A stretch of 64,000 bases of DNA from Lingula anatina (Eukaryota > Animalia > Brachiopoda). Location: the NCBI GenBank assembly GCA_051362555.1, contig CM120642.1:13640001-13704000 (forward strand), in the 5' to 3' direction. Under the pieces are notes generated by a model that was not told the DNA's origin, made no database searches, and was given only the letters and a program-made list of their open reading frames with translations. Shown one piece after another: positions 51,501 through 64,000 of the stretch (positions are counted from its first letter, which is position 1; every line of letters starts with the position of its first letter). The translations under genes were made by a program, and so were the position numbers.

Positions 51501-51643
51501 GTGAATGCGGCAAAGAGGCGTCCACCCACGCGTTTGACCAGCGTCTCTGTTGCTCAAACTATGACATTTCCGGCATTGGTTCTTTTAATGCCTGGAATCA
51601 GAAATGCACCAAAGGAATGACTCTTACCGATGTTTTTGGTTAG
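47154..51643 (+). CDS. Gene B2: paralog of B1 (~547 aa)
   Basis: Exons 47154-47214, 47432-47577, 48200-48446, 48745-48861, 49283-49402, 49808-49927, 50175-50291, 50529-50657, 50908-50938 and 51088-51643. Exons 1-9 have the same sizes as in B1; 1644 nt in frame to TAG. Confidence 0.9.
49215..49268. repeat. (ATATT)n pentanucleotide repeat
   Basis: Directly visible just upstream of the B2 exon 5 acceptor. Confidence 0.9.
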
Positions 51644-52075
51644 ACTTTAAAACATCCCAATGGCATTTGTACTGGAATGTTGCAGCCGGTGCTGATCAAT
51701 GCATTACAATACCTTACAACTATACATATAAATGTAGTAAACCGATCTTGTTTCCGATTGTGATAAAAATGCAGTTATTTGTGAGAAATAGCTGGTGGAA
51801 AAAATGTCTAATTTGAGGTTTGGTGGTCACCATCGAAACTTTAATTTGCGTACTTGTATTGTGTTTGGATATCATTATTTCGATATTACACTTTTACTCA
51901 ATATTTTCCTCAATTAGTTAAGTGAGCAAAATGGCTTCACACCATGCTGTGTTTAAGCTTCTGTTTTATGCAGCCAATGTTTATAAAGTACGAATAATAA
52001 ATTTAGTAATATGAAAAATAAAACTTCGTTTTGCTTTTTTATTAGCCATAAAATACAGACACTGTATATATCTCT

Positions 52076-52077
<2 letters not shown>

Positions 52078-52138
<61 letters not shown>

Positions 52139-52463
52139 CTGGTCACTGTGCCGAAATCCTTGTCGTCACCGTCCGACATTCCTTTTGTTTACCCAATAAC
52201 CGTTCCTTATTTTTCAATATTCATTAAGTGGCTTTGTTTGGTAAAAATGCAGTTTCCTGTCAAAACTTGACATGATGCATGTATAATCCTTTCAATGATA
52301 AATTTTTGAATGTATTTTGACGACGATTGTGCTAAATCAAATTTTATTTTACCTCATGTTAACTAGGAGGCAATTCTTGGGGGAAGGGCCGAGTGAAAAA
52401 ATAAGTAACAATCTTTTCACGAAAGTAGTGACACATTTTGTGGTGTTTTATAATCATGTTTCC

Positions 52464-52551
<88 letters not shown>
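52078..52551. repeat. (TA)n at ~52078-52135 and compound (CT)n(GT)n at ~52467-52551
   Basis: Directly visible dinucleotide runs. Confidence 0.9.
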
Positions 52552-52555
<4 letters not shown>

Positions 52556-55004
52556 GCATTCTTAATCATTATTTGTATTTATTACTGATTCGTTCTAGTT
52601 CTACACTTAGGAACATATAAACGAGAATAAAATTAATTTAATAGACGTCTATAAAGCTCAACAGCAAACTATTTTCTATCTTATATAGATATAAAAAATT
52701 CTCCTGTCTCTCTCGCCTCCCTCTACAGATCTCTCATTATTTTCCAAATTCTTCTCTTTTAGCAGTGCTTCTTTCATTTACACACAACGCAAAAGCATGT
52801 TATCATAATACACACCATGAGGACCTGCCCGATAAGTTGAATCAAGTTGCTGTCTGATGATAACCATTTGATTGATCGTGAAGAAATATTTGTTTGCGAC
52901 TCCACCAGTGATATGTTTGTCAGCATTTTTAGACAAACACCCTTGTATATCTTCTGACAGTCATCCGTGTCATGGGAAAGAAGAACTGATCTGTTCAGCA
53001 ATCGTGTGTCCTGTGCCCTTGCCAGGGGGTTATCGAAATCATATATATCAACTATGATCCGGGTTATCTAAACAAATATTTAATCCGAGACAGTTGACCG
53101 CTACTATCTGGAACATTTTCGGTTGACTTTGCCAACGTATTGCTCAACATTGTTAAATTTTATGATTTCAAAGTTGCCAAAACCACAAAACCGTAAAGTA
53201 ACACGTTTGTTGGTATCTGCTTTTTGAAAACAAATGAAATATATAAATTATATAAACTATACTTTAATATTTATAAATATAATCAAAATTCCACATATAC
53301 ATGTATATGCTTACTTTAGCCAGACGATGCTTAATATTGCTTATCAAACAATGTGGTGCATTTACGTTATTATGAAAAAATATATTAATTTATTTCACCA
53401 GTCGAACTTTATGTTCTTGACATCGCGTCGGGGTTCTATTCCCTCTCACTGAAACCTTTCTAGTAATTCTCTCAGGACTGTGCACTATTTGTTTAATTTA
53501 TACTATCGCGCCTTAGTTAATCGTATTACCCCCGAGGCACTTTGATTTAATGTCACCCAGGAAGTTTAATCTTTAACCAACCCAGGTAAAACTCCAAAGG
53601 CATTGATAGAACCAAATTTGGCCCATCCAGGCAATTTACGACGACACCAATGAACGACATATTTACACAAAGTCGACTCAAGAACCGAACCGGTCACCAA
53701 ATACTGATACTGCTAAATGATAAGTTGCTTCTCACGACCTCAAAGTTCAAATATTGAAAACATGTTGGACCATAACACAGATGAGGGCACCAGGTTGCTT
53801 GGACCGGTATGTTCAAAAAGCATGGGCAAGGTCGCGCGTACTAAATGTACATGTAGTAATCATTTTGTAATGCATTAAATAAATATCAAACATTAAATTA
53901 CAACAAGTCCTCAATAAGAAACGGCTCATCATTTTATCTGAATGACTGACTTGATGATGATCATCAACAATTAGAAAAATATATATATATAATACAATAT
54001 AATTTTAACCGGTAGACTGTCCTATCATAATCATAACGTGCTGTTATAATGGTTCGACACTGAAACCGTGCATTGCTTGATTCACATCCATCATGAATTA
54101 TACGGAATAATGTAAGTCATGTCCTGAAATGGCCTTACAAGCATATAAGCCTAAACCATACGATACCTATATATGTTTCAAAGAAGAAAATACCACTTTC
54201 AAGAACAGAGGATAATTCGCCTTCCTTCTAACGACCCTACTGGCCACAATCAATCCATAGCAAATGTGGCATTACAAGCAAAATTTGGATAATTTTTAAA
54301 TACCTTCTTGTTCATGTTTAATCTGTATTTTCTATTTGCAACAAAATCTTCCATAATGTTAAGTGACCCCCAACCTTTCGAGATAACGTAAAGCATGGCA
54401 TTTCAGGGCATCGAAACTATATTTCAAATACTAGCGTAAGCGGCATAGCAACCATTCCGGCAATTGACTGTATGTACTGCAATGTAATTGTTTTACATAT
54501 GAAATAAAGTAGAAATACTGTAGATGATGTTACCAGTGGTTTCAAAATTTTTTAGTCACTGAAATTGCAATGCAGACATGAAGATATATATTAATAATAA
54601 CAATAAATTAGATAAACAATTAACCCAAACAGTCTCAAAAACCGAATATTGCCACTGCAGTGGACATATTTAAGCCACTTTACCACACCACTGTTGTATA
54701 TGCATTTATATGTCATCAATTTTTTTTTATTTTTTTATTTTTTTATTTATTATTATTTTTTTTTTTTTTGCATAACTTTAACTGTCACTGTCACTTTACG
54801 TATAACATTGATTACCAGTTTGGGAATTACGTGCATTCAGTGGCAGTGTGTAGTAGTGTGTAGTAACTCACTGATAATTTATATACGTCTCACAGCAAAC
54901 TGATCGCACCAAAATAGGCGTTTTGTCATTTGCCCAAAATTATAACAGGACAAATACAAAGCAGACTTAAGCACACGCTGATTGTTATCAGGGCGCAATG
55001 TATA

Positions 55005-55230
55005 TTTTAATCCTCCAAGGAGGTTTTGATTTTACCTCACCAGCCTTTCTCAAAAAGTAATGGGTTGGTTTTGATGACAATCCCAGTATAGGTCACAATA
55101 TAAGTGATTCCATTTTGGTGGTGATTCGTGCAACGGATCACCATGATCTGGATCCAAGATTTTTTAAATGATTCTTTACCTGAGTGAGATAGGGCCAATA
55201 ACCTTGTGCAATGGATGTGCTCTCAACTAT
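55005..55230 (-). mobile_element. Degenerate relative of the HINE-like family at 482-1109
   Basis: CCTCCAAGGAGGTTTTGATTTT..TTTTGGTGGTGAT..GGATCACCATGATCTGGATCC resembles the reverse of that family's 3' hairpin and core. Confidence 0.4.
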
Positions 55231-58200
55231 CACAGTTTTATCAGTGCTATTTTAGTGTTTGCTGTATCTACCTTTATCAATGCAGGTTAATCACGAAACT
55301 CGTATAAAAAATGCAACCTTGGTCTTTCATTTCCTTAAATGTAAGCCTTGACATAAGGGTCACTACAGCATACTGTACACTCTACAAGAGGCCAGCTGAG
55401 TGATGAATTCAATTCTCTGCACAAATTCTCACTGAACAGAAATGTGCACATAGTGCTTTTTAAACAGGCTATTAAAATAGGCAGATACAGTTCTGTTAAT
55501 ACATCGATGGTGATGACATTGGGCACACAACGCAATGATGTAGCTAGTCTGTAGAAAAACCAACCTATCCATACGCTGTCATATACTGAACATGCATGAG
55601 TTACATGTATATATGCCATGAGAAGTCCTCTCAATACAAGCATTCTTATCGTTAGTTCTGACCAGCACGCATAATGGCTTTTAAAATTGACTAAGTTAAC
55701 GACGAGCATAACCTTTACAGGTTTTAGTTTGTTAACTGCTTTTTATACTTAACATATACCTAAATGCTGAAGTATTCCAGTCACATTTCTGATATCACCC
55801 ACAGAGGATAGCACCTTGATTCTTATTGCGGTAGCTGCGACGTGCATCATATGTGCGGCTGATATGCGCATGCAGTAATGTCCCAGCCGGGGCAATTTAT
55901 CGGTAAACATACGATTTTCTCCATATTGTCTGAGAAACCGTCTAAAAAGATCGCGCAGTCTCTGCCTAGCAAAATTTCACAAATAAATAGATAGACAGAT
56001 TGAATTTCATTAATTGCAAATCTGTTGTAAGTAGTTAATCTGTTTTCCTTTTTTGAGTGCAGTCCAAAGCAGTGGGCGGAAAAATATGACTGGATGGAGG
56101 ACACAGCTGCTGAACGCCCACAATCCTTGGAAACGGGTTAGTTGTACCGCCTGTGGTCTGATTTAGCCGTCAACCGAATAAAAAATATGATATTTCTGAT
56201 GGGCTGGAAGGAAGGAGAAGGTTTGATGAAGACACCCCCCCCCCCCAAAAAAAAAAAAAAATAATAATAATAATAAAAAATAAGAAGAAGAAGAAGAAAG
56301 AAAGAAAGAAAAAACTCGGCGGCCTACGGCTCTGGAGTCTTGTAAAAAGCTTTTAGGTGCCTTTTAGTTTCATCAGCAGATATAAGTGACTTTATGGTAT
56401 TTTCATATTTTTCCTTAGAGAAAATTCACATTTGTTTTATTCTTTTTTGTAGCATTGACTACCCTGTACTTAGATTGACAAAATGCAACATCTCTGTGTT
56501 CGTTGGCTGAGCAAAAGCAAATAATACAATATAGTTGTAGGTAAACCCTACCACAGAACGTTCGAAAAGCATTGTTACTCCTTGTTCTTTTTACACCCTT
56601 TTGTCGAGTCATTCTTTACATGTAGTTGGTTATACTGTACATATTTCAGTAAGTTAATATCTGAAGCTCATGTTGGTCATTTCGGAATAATGCGCTTCAT
56701 TTTAGTAGTCTAATTCACTATATGAATCGATAGTACAATACGAAGTTAAGTCCCAGAACAAGAAGTCAGGGAAATATGTTAAAAACAAATAATTAAAACT
56801 GGCGGAGAGAGAGCACAAATATTTTTTTCTTTTGGCTCACTTTGCTCATCATCTCTGCATAATTCATTCAGGACACGGTTCCCTCATATCCTACGTCTTC
56901 CCAATAGGGACAAGCGACTATTTCTACGTCGAAATAACGTCCTCAAAAGCGTCTGCTAATTCCAACTGCGTACAGCAGAGAGAGCCGTTTGTTCTGAATC
57001 ACCTGTTTTAAAATTAGGTGAATCGGACCCTTTATTAAATAAAATTTATTTATGTCGTACTAATCCCTGAATAAGTGTATCTTCCTTATTACCACTGTCT
57101 ATACAATCGCGCGATGCCGTGATACCGAGTGGTCAAAATTGATTTAAATATAATACGCAAATAGCGTACCGGTTCGCTTACTTTAGGGTGGATTGCTTAA
57201 TTTTTGCTAGAGCTTGTTCCTCATTTGAATCTTTAAATGTAATCAAACGTTAAACAAAAGCACACATTGCATGGAATAGTTCGACAAACGAGATCTTTAA
57301 GGGTACATAATACACTCCCGTTTTTTCAGTACACAGTTACCTTACTCTTTACTTGCTTAATAACACAGTGCCACAAGACAATCATCTACTATCAGCAGAA
57401 ATGGCATTGGACTTTATGTCGTTCGTGTCATAAAATAGGATGCAAATTGGACTGCGTCCACATCATTTCCAGCCTATTAAACATGATTGATTTTGCTGCT
57501 CAATAATAACATCCATATGCTATGTAGGTAGCGTGACGGATTAAATCGGCGTTAGATTAGTGACCACAACTCTGGTACCCCATGTTGTTCACTATTATTG
57601 GAGAGGATGGTCTCTGCGCGTGGTGGGCGCTACTCATGACTTTGCCACTTCGCAAGACCACTACCCTAACGGCTTGAACGGAGTCGCGCCAAGGCAAGTC
57701 ACCTTGTAAGAAATGCGAAAGAAGTGATCAGGTGTCGCGACTTTATCACTTAGGGAACCCGCGGCACTTCAAAGGAAATATGAACGCCGTGCATCAGATT
57801 AACATTTCAGATGCCAGGATTTAATTTCGAATGATCAACGGCATTTTTCCGAGGACGAATTTAATAATGATATGAGCTAAGATTGCAGGCGCGCTTTGTA
57901 AATACTGCGGGAGTCGTGGCTGCTATGGGCGCAATTGTAGATTGGATAGATTGCTATCGAAGTTGTTCTACTATGGTGTACCATTACGCGTGGCGTCAGA
58001 TTTCCCAGAATTTTTCCTAAGTAGTTTTAGTTCTAAGAAGCCGTGTAGACGTGTGTTCACCGTTTATTCTAGGTCTAGCGTGATAAATAACAGCGGCGGC
58101 TTATTCAGGAGAGAATGTCTAAGCACAGGTATTATTACCTGAGAATTTTATTACACAAGGGACAGAAAAGAGCAGGCAAGTGTCCTTCGCGAAGCAACTT

Positions 58201-59466
58201 TAATCGGAAGCTGTATTCCGTGTGGATCGCAAGTTCATTAAGATAACCTTTTGCGGTAAACTTTTGCCAAGACGGCCAAGCCTCGGCGTTATAAACACAT
58301 CAAGGCGTCTGGCGTAAGGCAATCCGCTGGCAAGAATACTAGACGAGTCACTACAGGGGATGTTTCAGGTCTTCCCTATAGCGAAGTTAAAAAAAGGAAA
58401 GATGACACCTGTCGCGTATTTCTTTCTACGAAGGATGTCGCTGATGTTTGCCATTTGCATCATACAACGACGCACCATCATTTAACAAGAAAAATGATTG
58501 AGATGTCAGCTCAGTGCGTATGAACGGTGTATCTGAAAGTTTAGTCAATATCTAACTTGTGCTGTATATGTAGGAACTTGGGAGGTAAATTCACTGGAGG
58601 TGATCTGCTCGCGAGTACATAGACTCAGTCAACAACGCTGCGTGTAGATGTTATCAAGGATCACCGCAGCCGTGTGACAGCTGAACGTTGGCACCAGGGG
58701 GATAGAGTCAATTGGGTGAGTTGCTCTTGCGTTTAACTCTACACCGGATGGCTACAGTGTATTACTGTTGTGTAGCGTGTGTGGAGCGCACTTTGTACAG
58801 GTAAAGAGCAGGTTAGTGTGTGTGTGTGTGTGTGTGCGTGCGTGCGTGCGTGTGTGTGTGTGTGGGTGTCTGTGTGAGAGAGAGAGAGAGATTGAGAGAA
58901 AGAGAGAGAAAGAGCAAGAGAGCAAGAGAGAGAGCGAAAAAGAGTTGCTCTGAAACTCTGTTCTTGTTCATCAAATGGATGAACTTTTTATGCTATCCAT
59001 GTACATGTAGGATATTACTCCCATCGATCAAGTCTTGATTAATATTTGAAGGTATAAGAAAGCTTTCTTGCGGAGACACGATATCACAGTGGTGTATTAG
59101 CTGCCGCAAAGCGAGAAATACGAAAGACCTACTAGTAGACTAGTGTAACGAAACTGAGAGTCAGTGTAACAGAGAGTCCGCCATCCACCTTCCCTTTCCA
59201 TTTAGTTATATCGGTTAGGGTTAGCCTGACCTAAGTGGGTCAAAATCTAGGGCGAGGTTTACCTGGAAGCAGACTCTCTATCATGGAGGACTCTCTGACA
59301 CGTTACACCGGCTGCTTATTTTGTCTTGAATCCCCCTCGTGTAGCCTATATTGCTGTCGATAGCGTGACTTTGAAGCCCCCCACCCGTACCCTCACTCCC
59401 ATCACCGGCATCTGTTTGATCATACATGTAAAATGGGCAATTGTGCCCAAATATGAGATACATTTA

Positions 59467-59505
<39 letters not shown>

Positions 59506-62079
59506 AGTTGGGATGGATTGGAGAGCGTTATGGTAAAAAAATGTTTTGACAATTACATTAACACTACCCGATGATGACGTGCAGAATGACACAAATATAT
59601 TGTTGAAATATTTAAGCGCTGTTACTATGAGACGAGACGAAAAGCATAGTTATCCCAAACAGACAACATGACGAAGGTTTACGTTTTTCCCGTTTAAAGT
59701 ACACAGGGTACACGTATGACTCAACTCTTTTTCTGTCTGGAACACTAAGAAAAGGTGTCGTCGCATGCAGTTCTTTGAAACATTAAATTACTCATGGAAT
59801 AATCTGTGTATTGCAGATTGTCAAAAAAGCATCCAGGTGTCCTGGCATAGCAGGCATGAGGTTAAAAAGTGTATTGCAACTCCAATTTCTGGAAGAATGC
59901 ACTGCTGGCATATTATTTTTCCTTCAAGGATTAGTTTGGGTTTTGCGTGTCTACGAGTTTCAGATCGTAGATAATGTGAGTTTGTGTAAAGTCGTGTTAT
60001 TGGTGTTCATTTATTTCTTTCGTCAATCAAATCTAGATACCTTACCTTTTCATATCAGAAACTCACAGTGCGAGTCATGGGTGAAACTGAAACTGTAAAC
60101 GAGTTGCTTGTTGAATATGTGTGTAATTTTTTTCAGACTTCAAGCCTTCCCGATACCGTTCGCAGACAGTATTTCTTTGCAACTTCATATCAATTCAAAA
60201 ACATGTATATGTCTACTCGCAGGACGAGATCTTACTTAACAAATGAAAACGGTGTCATTTTATGGCTGTTCATGTTAACTGGAAGGCATTCATCGTGAAT
60301 ATATAAGCCAAAATGTCACAGTTATTTCGAATGGTACTGCTAAGCAAACGCGTCTTAAACAAATAACTGTGGTAAAAAAAGACTACACCATGGCGTCATA
60401 TATTTTACTGGGAGACATATCAAGCTCTTAAATGCGTCTTTGCACTCAGTTGTCGTTTATCGCCATGTATGAATCATGGTTCATCAGTCGTGCATTGTGC
60501 CCTTGGGTATGTCAATTTAATTTTCCGAAACATCAGTTTATGTGAATCTTTGACAAAAGGTATTTGCTGTTCCACTTTCACGGAAGTCTGATATGATTTA
60601 TGATTTCTAGAGTAGTCAGGCGTGTAACTGTGTTGAATTCAAAGTTTGTTTTAGATGGAATATCAAGTATTTATGGCCTGCACGTTGGCCACTGGCATAT
60701 GCGTGGCTGACAAGCAGGTGTGGTGGGTGGGTGCTACACCCGTTGATCGTTAGGCATTTATATTTTCTTCATATCGTAAGTTATTCACCCATAGGAGTAA
60801 AACTTAGAGAAAGTCAGTACTCTCTTTTTTTCTCTTGCAAGTTAGTATAATTTGGAGTTACGTTCATTGTTGTGGACACAAATCACCCTAAGGAAAAATT
60901 CGTTGATTTAGTCCACTAGTACCAATACTCCATAGAGTAAAGAGACTTCAAACGAACTGCTTACGGTACCATATTAGACATACATAACCCAAAGAACAAT
61001 GGTTCATTGGATGCATATATTGTGAAATGGCACATAATATTCAGTCAATTTATCCAGATAATTCCAGGCAGCTTTTTGCTCCACACACAACTAGGCTTAT
61101 CGAGCATGACAATACCGTTTGTTCATTTAAAACCTACATTATTTTGAACTTTGGTACGGAAAAGGTGAAACATGACAATTGATTTTATGACCAAGAAAAA
61201 AAACAGTTTCATAAGATGTCCAAAGGTTCAAATAACAACACAATAACAGATGCATTTTATTTGGTCTAGCAGATTTATGAAATCTTAATGATTAAAACTG
61301 CCCATTTATTTCATTTGCAATTTAACAATGTGAATTGATATGTGAACATTTGTCAACCGTAACTCTCATATCTCTCTTATGTATAATTATATTTTTGTCT
61401 TTGTTGCGATCCAATTGTAATTTTAATGAGGCATGACGTTTATGACAATTTCGATATAGCTTGGCCCCGCTTTGTGCTACCTGTAAGTGTAAATAAACAT
61501 CGAATCCGATACCATTCCGTATTGAATTAATATCCTGAAATATGAAAATCGGCGGTATATCAAACAAAAGGTTTATTATTACAAAAGTGCATCTAGTGCC
61601 ATTTTATATTCCATATCATATTGTAGAGTCGGGATCTGGATAGACAAAGCATAGAATTGTCTATTTTACAGATATAAACTTTGGACAGTTAAATGTGAAA
61701 TGCGGGCGAAACGTGAAACGCGTCTGTTTGGTTTTGATATCTCGATTAATATTAAGTATTTGATATATAAATCGTGTTTTATTCCCCAAATTAAAACACC
61801 CTACCTCCACAGAATTAAGTTAAAAGAGGGATTAAATTCTTGACATATAGGGCACAATGTAGATTAGTGGGAACATGCGTTGTTACGTAGTTTTGCTATG
61901 AACCGGTTTCACTTTCGATTAGGACCAAAGAGTGGGTACCTTGGCCTTATTGAATTTAGTCCAGATTTCTTGGTTATGCTGTTACCCCCTCACACCTGAA
62001 TTTTCATAGATATATCACCGTTACATTTGTAACAAATCTAGATCAATTCACTTCATTTGATTTCGGGTTCGTCGACAGT

Positions 62080-62209
62080 CACCCTGAGCTTCAGAGATAA
62101 CTTGACACTAACCTCTTCACTATAGCCTATCTTCATCGTGTAACTTGACACGATGAAGATAGGCTATAGTGAAGAGGTTAATGTCAAGTTATCTCTGAAG
62201 CTCAGGGTG
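62080..62209. repeat. Near-perfect long inverted repeat (62-bp arms, 6-nt loop)
   Basis: 62080-62141 is the reverse complement of 62148-62209 with one mismatch; loop AACTTG. Confidence 0.95.
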
Positions 62210-62933
62210 TTGATGGTACCAAAGGAAGTTAATTCACATACTAGAATATCGGGTGGAGCCAGCGGGGCATTTATTCTTTTTTCTTTATATTATAAAAAAA
62301 CGCCATTATCTTGGACAGTCATTTGTCATTGTGATTCGCCTCATTTTGATAACCGTTTACTATTCCAAACTTCACATAACTGTTATAAAAAAGACTCTTA
62401 ATTGCAAGGTCATTTCCTCCTTTTAATTCCTTTCAGATCAATATTTTCTAATTCCACTGACACCAATTATTGAAACAATTATTGGGCCATATGGGTTAAT
62501 CACTTCGTAATTTAAAACTACTGACCTGACAGCATATACAGTAGGCTGTATATGTTTTGAAATATAGAAAGGCCTATAATCAGAAGCAACGGAATGGTAC
62601 CTGAGCACCAGAGACAGATTAACGATGCTATTCCGTATTTAAAATGATATGCTAGCTAGAGGCATTGATCAAGTCGTTATGGATACATAGGAATAGAACG
62701 TGGCTGAAACGCACCAATATGAAAGCAATGTTAAAGGTGCTTACATATAAAAATGTGAAAGTCTGGAGTCATTAACTGAATGTATTATTTTCATTGTCCC
62801 AACGTACTCAATTAGTTATCAATTTTCTCATCTTTGCACCGGCACTGGGTGTAATCATCTTACAGAATGGTTTGCCTTTAAGCTTTTATCTAAGTGACAG
62901 GATAGGTAATATGAGAGTGTAAATGTCATACAA

Positions 62934-63059
62934 TTTCATTTCCTCATGAATAGCAAAGGCATTGCCTTTACATATAATTTTATTTCCTTATAAATAGCAA
63001 TGACATTCCCTTTACATATAATTTCATTTCCTTATGAATAGCAATGACATTGCCCTTTA
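62934..63059. repeat. Minisatellite, ~3 copies of ~44 bp
   Basis: TTTCATTTCCTTATGAATAGCAATGACATTGCCTTTACATATAA-like unit repeated three times. Confidence 0.85.
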
Positions 63060-63965
63060 AGTCATTTGCAAACGATAACATACGTCGCTTTATTTTAACT
63101 TCTAATCTATAAAATATACTTTTTTCATTGCCGATAATCACCTAAACATGACCTGGGAACTTAGTGGCATAAATTTGAATATGAGACAAAATTATTTAGA
63201 AGAACAGAAATATATCCACAATATTATGCATGTAGATAGGACTTGGTTTTACTTGATGCCCTTTTCTTTTCTTTGTCATTATTAAGTTTTTTCAATTGTT
63301 TCAGTTCTGTGTACAAATGTAAAGGTAATATATATATATATATATATCTGTTCAACATGTTTTTTTAAAGCTCTACTGCAAACCCTGTTCCCAGGTAAAC
63401 GGCGTTACGTCAGTGGCACTGTTAATCAATTCTTCCAGAGGCTGCCCTACCCCCCAGAGAGGCGTCCTTGCTAATTATAGGTTGGTGAAGATAACTTATC
63501 CTTTTTTCCCTCGGAGAGACGCTCCCAGATTGGAGTGGCGCGTTGCTATCGGCCATAATACAAAACGTAACTTTGATATTCACAATTTATATATTAATAG
63601 TGCTGTCGGCTACATTATTGAATACACCCAAGAGTGCATATTTAACGCAGAAGAATGTGGGAAATCACCATGTTTATATCATATATCATACTTATTGATT
63701 AGCAGTTATAAAAATATGCTGTACAATGAAGGTATTTTTGCGTTAGAATCCAGGTTGCCTCTCCTGAAATTCAAGAAGCGTGAAAATGTTTGGCTTTTGA
63801 TTCTCTATGTAGTCTGTACAATCAAGCGCATGGATTTAAAGATCGTCGTTTTGCATGTAGTCATGTGTGTATTTTATGCCAGTGACAGACAGAAACCCAG
63901 ACGGACCCACAGACAGACAGACAACGGGCGGGGACGGACACACAGCCAATAGACGGATGGAAAAC

Positions 63966-64000
<35 letters not shown>

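Noticed and set aside
52774-53057. Possible isolated exon with a hydrophobic C-terminus
   Set aside because: No recognisable domain, no convincing acceptor and no partner exons.
55335-56104. ORFs of 124 and 85 aa on the minus strand
   Set aside because: No motif or splice-consistent structure; compatible with chance ORFs.
59214-59224. GGTTAGGGTTAG telomere-like motif
   Set aside because: Under two units; too short for an interstitial telomeric array.
63413-63952. 179-aa ORF at the window end
   Set aside because: Non-ATG start, no recognisable domain, and it runs into (GACA)n simple repeats; cannot be supported without homology data.

Overview
AT-rich, intron-containing animal genomic DNA. 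The repeat families look lophotrochozoan, probably molluscan, but that is an inference. Most short ORFs in the supplied track are exon fragments or microsatellite read-through. Splicing by hand gives eight genes for secreted proteins in two families. (1) Two copies, ~43.5 kb apart, of a head-to-head gene pair (A on -, B on +). The ATGs of each pair are only ~205 bp apart across a symmetric TATA-CCAAT/ATTGG-TATA spacer. A2, B1 and B2 encode signal peptide + uromodulin/GP2-type Cys-rich (D8C/D10C) domain(s) + EGF repeats + a 31-nt micro-exon linker + an ~185-aa, 10-Cys C-terminal domain I cannot assign; no ZP domain, TM helix or GPI tail is evident. A1 is only partly visible (exons 1-4). (2) Between the two pairs lies a tandem array of four intact 4-exon genes for signal peptide + PAN/Apple-like domain + C-type lectin domain, with non-canonical, copy-specific sugar-binding motifs and mosaic ancestry. 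The window also holds a decayed Tc1 (DD34E) element with perfect TIRs, several MITEs with TSDs, Helentron/HINE-like elements with internal satellites, a 5'-truncated RTE LINE, a 62-bp-arm palindrome and microsatellites. The last ~12 kb has no gene I can support.
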